Source: Candidatus Melainabacteria bacterium 17Bon1m (GTDB lineage: Bacteria; Cyanobacteriota; Vampirovibrionia; Obscuribacterales; Obscuribacteraceae). From it: a stretch of DNA of 64,000 nucleotides. How positions within the stretch are numbered: the first letter of the stretch is position 1; each line of letters opens with the position of its first letter. The translations under genes were made by a program, and so were the position numbers. The notes beneath the pieces are model-generated. The model worked only from the letters and a program-made list of their open reading frames with translations, had not been told where the DNA came from and did no database searches. This document shows positions 58,101 to 64,000 of the stretch, one piece after another. The stretch covers positions 160,001 to 224,000 of the forward strand of contig JAVLKG010000007.1 of assembly GCA_032128875.1 (NCBI GenBank), given 5' to 3'.

Positions 58101-59327
58101 TTAGTAGTGCGGCTCCGGGTCGGGCACCTTGGTGATCGGCGCCGGGTCCGGAATTTCTTTCATCAGGTCGAGCGGCAGCGCCAGCGTGGAGCAGCCGCGG
58201 TCCTGCGGGAATTCCGTCTTCTCGATGGCGTCGCCGAATTGTGCGTTCTGCAGGACTTTCACCTTGAGGCAGCCGGCTTCGGTGTAAGTGTTGACTTCGA
58301 CGAGCTTCGAGTCTTCAGTGGGCAAGCCGTCCTTTGACTCGTAGCTGAAGTTGGGAACCGTCTTGCCGGCGTGCTTTGCGTCGGTGTAGAACCACAGCTT
58401 CCAGTACGGCTTTTCATTGGCGTCGATACGCGCGACGCTGTAGAGCTGCCAGACGCTCTCGGCGCCCTTCTTGGCGTCGTAAGGATTCATGCGCTGCCAG
58501 AACTGCTGGTACTTCGGCACGCCGTTCTCGTAGACGAAAACGTCCATGCCGCCGAAGCCGATGACGCGCTTCTGAGTCGGCTTGCCGTCGGGTCCGAAGT
58601 AGACGACTGTGAACTTGGTGGATTCCATGGTCACATCCATCTTCGGCTTGCCGGTGTCGCCGTAGTACTCGACCTTCTTCGTTCGGAAAATCGAGCGAAG
58701 CACGTACTTCACCGGATTTCCGTTCTCGGCGAAAGTCTTTTCCTCGATGCCGTCTTTGGTCTTCTCCCCGATGTAGAGAAGGAGCCCATTTTCCGTTGTG
58801 ACACGGTGATACAGCGCAGAACCATCTGTCGCGAGCAGTGTGCGCTCGTTTTCCGTCGTGCCGTCCTTGAAATACGTCACGATGGAATAAGTGCCATCCG
58901 CCAGCCGTTCGCCGACGCGCTTGCGCGTGCCGTCGCCCCAGAAGGCAGAGTCGCTGGTGTACGTGACTCCATCGAGTCCTATGGTGGCGCGCCACTTGAG
59001 CTGCATTGGCATGTAGGGCATCGATTTGTAGAAAACTTCGATGCGCTCGATGGTACCGTCGTCGCGATGATATTCACGTCCGGTGTCGCCGTTCTTGAAG
59101 TCGACGCTGGCGTCCTTCGGGAACAGGCGATCGGGCGAAAGTTCCGTGACGCGGAGCTCAACACCCACCTTGCTGTCAGGCAAGTCGATGGAGTGAGGCA
59201 GACGGCCAGGGAACGCGCCCGCGGTCAAATCAGCAGTGCTTGTGCTCTGCCCGTTCAACCCAACTGCTGCAATGCCTGCAATGAGCAGTGCCGCGGCAGC
59301 AGCAGTGATTAGTGATTTGGTATTCAT
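58101..59327 (-). CDS. Membrane-anchored MORN-variant/YwqK-like repeat protein (paralog 3)
   Basis: SD aggag; TM helix; FPG, FKNGDTG, QLK, DGTRKRVGERLADGTYSIVTYFKDG; Pro-rich C-terminus. Confidence 0.75.
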   Translation of the reverse strand: MNTKSLITAAAAALLIAGIAAVGLNGQSTSTADLTAGAFPGRLPHSIDLPDSKVGVELRVTELSPDRLFPKDASVDFKNGDTGREYHRDDGTIERIEVFYKSMPYMPMQLKWRATIGLDGVTYTSDSAFWGDGTRKRVGERLADGTYSIVTYFKDGTTENERTLLATDGSALYHRVTTENGLLLYIGEKTKDGIEEKTFAENGNPVKYVLRSIFRTKKVEYYGDTGKPKMDVTMESTKFTVVYFGPDGKPTQKRVIGFGGMDVFVYENGVPKYQQFWQRMNPYDAKKGAESVWQLYSVARIDANEKPYWKLWFYTDAKHAGKTVPNFSYESKDGLPTEDSKLVEVNTYTEAGCLKVKVLQNAQFGDAIEKTEFPQDRGCSTLALPLDLMKEIPDPAPITKVPDPEPHY

Positions 59328-59906
59328 GCGAGACTCCTGTGAGTCCGGTTGCATTTAGCGGGCACCTAGCTCTCGCCTAGCGTCCGCTGGTTTACTTGAA
59401 ACAGGTGGCAAGATGGCGCCCCCTCGTGGATTCGGCTATGCGCGAAAGTACCCATTCCCGACAAAAACTTGATTCGCGCGTTTCAATCCGACGCCGTCTG
59501 ACTCGCGTGTGCGAGCTTTCATGCGTGACGTGCGTGCGGAGTGTTCCTGGTTTTGGGCTTATGAGAAGAATTGGGGATGGGGCATAGGATCTAGAACCTA
59601 CTCTTCGAAATACCTGATAAAAAGCATGTGTTCGTTGATGTAAAGATATAAATTAACGAGTTGAATTAAAAACTGATGGGCAAAAGCAGTGATTACTAAC
59701 TACTACTTATTTTGCTAGCAAAAGCTTTTACAAGAACTAATTACATAGTCGCTCGTACAGCTTGCGCTGGACTGAGCGATCGGTATTTGAGTGGGTGCGT
59801 TGCCGATTTGTTGCTGCGAATGTTTTCTGCAGCAACCTTTGCGCAACTTCGCAGGCATAAAGTTAAGCAGCGTTATAAAACGCAGCGATTGAGGAAAAAA
59901 GCAGTG

Positions 59907-60482
59907 ATGAAAACCCCTAACCATCAGCAATTTGGTGAGCCCAATCTCACAATCACTCCGGCTCAATATGTTTGTGCAGAACCAGACGACAGAGGTCCAC
60001 TGGCAATAAAACCGTCATACAAGCGAACGAACAAACAAAGGGTTCGCGCACTGACAGAATTGATAGTCCAACTTCCTGAGGGCGGAACCCGCGAAATTGT
60101 CAGCGAAGCATCCACTGCCATCATCAATGGAGAAGGCGATATAAAGCACTTGCGCGCGCTCACCATGTCCGCTGCCAGGCAATTGCGCACTATGTATTTG
60201 TCCGGTGGAGAAAGAGCTTCGCTTGCTGATATGAGATGGAAAATACGCGATTTTGTCTGGACGAGTTTTGGACTGCAACTGTCGATCGGTCCTCGCGGCC
60301 TGCATTTAGGCGAAGGGAAGGGACCGGATGAGCTGAATGCTTTTCTTCGCATTGAATCAAACGGTCAAATTTGGGCCGGTGAAACATATGAAGATGCGCC
60401 TGTCCAGTCGAATACGTATCCGCTAACGACGGAAGAAGTCTTTCAACGTTTGAGCGAAAAGCTGCTCACGTTTCTCTATTGA
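59907..60482 (+). CDS. Hypothetical protein
   Basis: SD gagg upstream of GTG/ATG at 59904/59907; open to 60482. Confidence 0.55.
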   Translation: MKTPNHQQFGEPNLTITPAQYVCAEPDDRGPLAIKPSYKRTNKQRVRALTELIVQLPEGGTREIVSEASTAIINGEGDIKHLRALTMSAARQLRTMYLSGGERASLADMRWKIRDFVWTSFGLQLSIGPRGLHLGEGKGPDELNAFLRIESNGQIWAGETYEDAPVQSNTYPLTTEEVFQRLSEKLLTFLY

Positions 60483-60557
60483 ACTATAACAATCGAGCTT
60501 ATACTCGATCGCAGCGCATCGGATTCCGTTGTCGCATGCTATCAGCTTTTCGGCGAT

Positions 60558-61475
60558 TTAGTCGCAATCGAAATCTTCCGGAGAATAGTTGAGAATTGCC
60601 ACTTCGGCTACTCTTCCGCGCTTGTCGGCTTTACTGTTGATTGCTCGATTTGCATAAACGGTCTCAATGTTGAACGCGTCATAGAGTTCGCGAATGAAAG
60701 GCGTATCCGAATTGCTGAGCATTGCGTAACAGCCTTTATCCGTAAGCTTCTTGAACACGTCTCTGAGTCGTTCTTGATCTGACTCACCAAACGAATTTCG
60801 AGTGTATCCGGTGAAGCTCGACGTTGTGCTCAGCGGCTGGTAGGGCGGATCTAAGTAAATAAAGTCGCCGCGTTTTGCTTGTGATAATACAGCCTCAAAA
60901 TTGGCTGTATTGATCTTGGCATTGCACAATGCTCTCTCGGCTGCGCGTAAGTTTACTTCATCGCAGATCTTGGGATTTTCGTATCTGCCGAAAGGTACAT
61001 TGAATTGCCCTTTGCGGTTGACTCTGTACAAGCCGTTGAAACAAGTTTTGTTCAAAAATATCAGACGCGCGGCGCGCTCTGCGGGTGATAGATCCGCAAC
61101 ATCCATCGCCCGTACCTTGTAGAAATGCTCGCTGTCATTCTTATGCTTTTTGAGATAGCGGATGACGGAAGGCAGTTCGTTTTTCACCATGTTGTAGCAA
61201 TTGATTAGCTCAACATTTTGGTCAGATAAAGTTGCGCGCAAGTTCGGGTTTTTTGCCACCATGTGGAAAAACACCGCACCACCGCCTAAGAATGGCTCGA
61301 AATATCGATTGAATTCAGCCGGGAAAAGTCTTGTGTAATGCTTGAGCAACTGGGTTTTGCCGCCCGCCCATTTAACGATTGGAGACGCGACCGGATAAAT
61401 GCCACGCTGCCCTGCCATAAAGCCGGCACGCTGGCGTGCCGTAGCAGCGCTAGCAGCAGGAATAGGTTTTGCCAA
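60558..61475 (-). CDS. dam: DNA adenine methyltransferase, Dam/D12 class (start may be 61418)
   Basis: KWAGGK, YFEPFLGGGAV, LNKTCFNGLYRVNRKGQFNVPFG, YLDPPY, LSNS. Confidence 0.93.
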   Translation of the reverse strand: MAKPIPAASAATARQRAGFMAGQRGIYPVASPIVKWAGGKTQLLKHYTRLFPAEFNRYFEPFLGGGAVFFHMVAKNPNLRATLSDQNVELINCYNMVKNELPSVIRYLKKHKNDSEHFYKVRAMDVADLSPAERAARLIFLNKTCFNGLYRVNRKGQFNVPFGRYENPKICDEVNLRAAERALCNAKINTANFEAVLSQAKRGDFIYLDPPYQPLSTTSSFTGYTRNSFGESDQERLRDVFKKLTDKGCYAMLSNSDTPFIRELYDAFNIETVYANRAINSKADKRGRVAEVAILNYSPEDFDCD

Positions 61476-62412
61476 AACTAAAACCGCTTCTTTCTAGTAA
61501 TCTTCGTGTTGATAAATAGTGTACCTCCCAAACGTCTGGGCCGTAACCACCAGCGAACACTGAAGCGAAAGAAATTCCCAAATCTGCAAAGGTGTCAATC
61601 ACCAATTCATCGCGTGCTTTCATCACCGATAGAGGCAGCCGAAAGTAGCTTGTGCCGGGCAATACGTCTTTTTCATATGGGTCGCTTCCGCCGACATAAA
61701 TCACCATATCCGGTGCAAATTTTGAAAGGGAAAGTTTCAAACCGGCTTCGGTTTTTTGCAGATATTTCTCTTTCTCGATTTCTTTTATCGGTATGTCGAG
61801 GTCGCTTTTCTGCTTGATTTCCGGCCATCCTTCCTCTGAATGAACCGAAAATGTAAAAACGCTATCGTCGTTTTGAAAGGTGACCGCGTTGCCATCTCCC
61901 TGATGAAAATCGAGATCGACGATCATCGCTTTTTTGATCTTTCCGATTTTTTGCAGGTGCCTAATAGCGATTGCAATGTCGTTGATCGCGCAGTAGCCTC
62001 GCCCTTGATCCGGAAATGCGTGGTGGTATCCACCGCCAAGATTGGCTGCCAGTCCGGTTTCTAAACTAATCTCGCAGGCTGCAAGTGTGCCACCGCTTTT
62101 CAGTTTGAAATCATCGATTATTGTTGGAAGCGGACGGATCGCTTTTTCCGGGAAGTATTCGCTTTCGCGAAACTCGAAAAGATCGATCCATGTTTTCGGG
62201 ATTTTGAGCGTTTCTAGATACTCGGGAGTGTGCACAAGACGAAGCTGTTCGTCGGTGATTGGTTGAGGTTCTAGATATGGCACGGGTGCGCCAATGTCCT
62301 CACCCAGCTTCTTGAGAACCATCTCTCCGCGATCTAGCGCGAATGGCTTATCAAAGCCGAAGTCGGACAGAGGAGTCTTATACCTGGGAGAGAATACTAG
62401 ATTGGTTTTCAT
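61450..62412 (-). CDS. Histone deacetylase family protein
   Basis: LVHTPEY, NLGGGYHHA, GYCAINDIA, DLDFHQGDG, GSDPYEKD, GGY. Confidence 0.9.
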   Translation of the reverse strand: MKTNLVFSPRYKTPLSDFGFDKPFALDRGEMVLKKLGEDIGAPVPYLEPQPITDEQLRLVHTPEYLETLKIPKTWIDLFEFRESEYFPEKAIRPLPTIIDDFKLKSGGTLAACEISLETGLAANLGGGYHHAFPDQGRGYCAINDIAIAIRHLQKIGKIKKAMIVDLDFHQGDGNAVTFQNDDSVFTFSVHSEEGWPEIKQKSDLDIPIKEIEKEKYLQKTEAGLKLSLSKFAPDMVIYVGGSDPYEKDVLPGTSYFRLPLSVMKARDELVIDTFADLGISFASVFAGGYGPDVWEVHYLSTRRLLERSGFSFGKTYSCC

Positions 62413-62847
62413 GACTTCGGAAGTATAACAAGAGTCTCTATATTAAATGTCAAGATAAGCTAACTGAATGAGCTTTGAAGAGTATTTCCTCATGATCTTA
62501 GTCAGGTATTAGAGCAGGACAAGAGGAGCAGATTGAACCTGACTAGTGTTCTCTTCTAGATTCGATCGCACTTATTTCTTCTACAACTGACGCTTGGTAC
62601 GAAAACCAAACGAATCCCAAAGTCTCTACACGACCCCCTGCACACCCTACTTGAAGGTCACACTCTCCCTGAGTCTGCCTTTCGTGGATGGACGCGCTGC
62701 TGAAGAAGTCGCTTTGATTTCTTGCAGGTTTCGGTGAACTGTCGAGCATCCTGAAAAATGTGTCTCCGTCTGTAGAAGCCCTGTGCGTCCCGATTATGGC
62801 GACGATCTCACAACATGCTTCCAGCGGTAATCTGTGGAGGTAACACA

Positions 62848-64000
62848 ATGTCATTCGGCCCACTTTTGCTTGGGCTTGCGCTTCTCTTTGCCTTCCTCAT
62901 CCTCAACGGTCTCTTCGTGGCGTTCGAATTCGCCATCATCGCGCTCCGCAAGAGCCGACTCGAAGAGCTGGTGAAGAATGGCAAATCGGGAGCGGAACGT
63001 GTGCAGAAGCTGCATAAGCAATTGGATAGAACCATTGCTGGCGCGCAGCTCGGCATCACGTTGGCTAGTCTTGCCCTGGGCTGGTTGGGTGACCACTCAA
63101 TCTTGCCCCTGATCCAGTCTGCGATGTCTTCCATTCCGGGAATTGCTGAATTGCAGCTTCCGGCTGGTCTGGGCGTCGCTATCTCGTTTATCATCCTCAG
63201 CCTCTTGCACGTAGTCGTCGGCGAACAGGTGCCGAAGACGATGGGTCTCAGGGCTCCGGAGAAGATGTCCTTCTTGCTGTCCGGCCCGTTCCGCATCTTC
63301 TGCTTCGTCACTGCGCCTCTGGTGTGGTTGATGAACGCGTTCACGTGGATTTTGCTCAAGCCTTTCGGCATGACGAAAGCGCACCACGAGGAAGGACACC
63401 TGCCTTCGCCGGCGGAGTTCCAGATTTTGTTTGAAGAGAGTGTCAAAGCTGGTACGCTCGGAAAGCAGGAGTCTGATTTCCTCAAGCGCGCTCTCGAGCT
63501 AAAGGCCGTTACCTTGAAAGAGGTGATGATCCCGCGTACGCGAGTGGACTACGTTGAAGACGGTGCCAGTCTTGTCGACATGATGGCCGTGGCTTCGCGC
63601 ACAAAGCACTCGAAGTTGCCTGTGTTCCGAAATTCGCGCGACAACGTGATCGGCATTCTCAACACCCGCGACCTGCATGACCTGTTCTACGCGCACCTGA
63701 AGGCGCGCGCCCAGACTGGCTCCGGCGCGGCTACCGGCTCGGCTCAGACCGGCTCCGCGCAGATCACGCCCAAGCCCTTCCGTCTCTCGGACTACGTGCG
63801 CAAGGCTTACTTCGTGCCCGACACGATGCTTGCCAGCACGCTGCTCGAGCAGATGAAGGAGCGCAAGCTGCAGATGGCTGTCGTCATCGACGAGTTCGGT
63901 GCGACGGTCGGTATCGTCACCCTGGAAGACTTGCTTGAACAGCTGGTCGGCGAAATCTGGGATGAGTACGATTCGCCGGGCGCGGGTATCGAGCAGGTGA
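62848..64000 (+). CDS. Hemolysin/CorC-HlyC family protein (DUF21/CNNM plus CBS pair; runs off the window)
   Basis: Absent from the ORF track; ATG at 62848 behind SD ggagg. LNGLFVAFEFAII...RKSRL, AQLGITLASLALGWLG, HVVVGEQVPK, VMIPR, HSKLPV, MAVVIDEFGATVGIVTLEDLLEQLVGEI. Confidence 0.92.
   Translation, partial: MSFGPLLLGLALLFAFLILNGLFVAFEFAIIALRKSRLEELVKNGKSGAERVQKLHKQLDRTIAGAQLGITLASLALGWLGDHSILPLIQSAMSSIPGIAELQLPAGLGVAISFIILSLLHVVVGEQVPKTMGLRAPEKMSFLLSGPFRIFCFVTAPLVWLMNAFTWILLKPFGMTKAHHEEGHLPSPAEFQILFEESVKAGTLGKQESDFLKRALELKAVTLKEVMIPRTRVDYVEDGASLVDMMAVASRTKHSKLPVFRNSRDNVIGILNTRDLHDLFYAHLKARAQTGSGAATGSAQTGSAQITPKPFRLSDYVRKAYFVPDTMLASTLLEQMKERKLQMAVVIDEFGATVGIVTLEDLLEQLVGEIWDEYDSPGAGIEQV

Noticed and set aside
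62413-62847. Possible Mg2+/metal riboswitch upstream of the CorC-like gene
   Set aside because: I could not recognise M-box, yybP-ykoY or NiCo consensus elements. An Rfam scan would be needed.
1-64000. Cyanobacterial HIP1 (GCGATCGC) enrichment, tRNA/rRNA genes, IS transposases
   Set aside because: I saw only isolated HIP1-like sites and no cloverleaf, rRNA or transposase signatures on reading.

Overview
This is a 64-kb bacterial chromosomal window with about 45 protein genes. I found no rRNA, tRNA, CRISPR array or intact transposase/integrase. The gene content (TerD/vWA, AIM24, clostripain-like, WG-repeat, TPR and MORN-like proteins, plus many orphans) resembles non-photosynthetic Cyanobacteriota relatives such as Melainabacteria/Obscuribacterales; this is an inference only. 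The window is a mosaic of strongly GC3-biased genes (peptidases, acyl-CoA dehydrogenase, TerD, GH30) and AT-richer accessory blocks (czc/cus efflux, WG-repeat pair, higBA, dam/HDAC). The best candidate for an undescribed system is a three-gene cluster at 26.9-29.2 kb. There a stand-alone GRDP-like protein (DxxWHxH...HHxP) sits between two otherwise dissimilar membrane-anchored proteins. Both share an FExRL(S/A)(D/E)SR motif and end in periodic Ser-Ser-Cys/Gly tails, an arrangement like an enzyme with two in-trans substrates. Other highlights are a single-ORF fusion of a ThDP enzyme with an aldehyde dehydrogenase, an unannotated 708-aa zincin-motif protein, three paralogous membrane-anchored MORN-like proteins, a czc cassette bracketed by a diverged duplication (palindrome plus gene end), a possible nuclease-toxin locus and a REP-like repeat family. 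All calls come from reading motifs by eye; no database searches were run.
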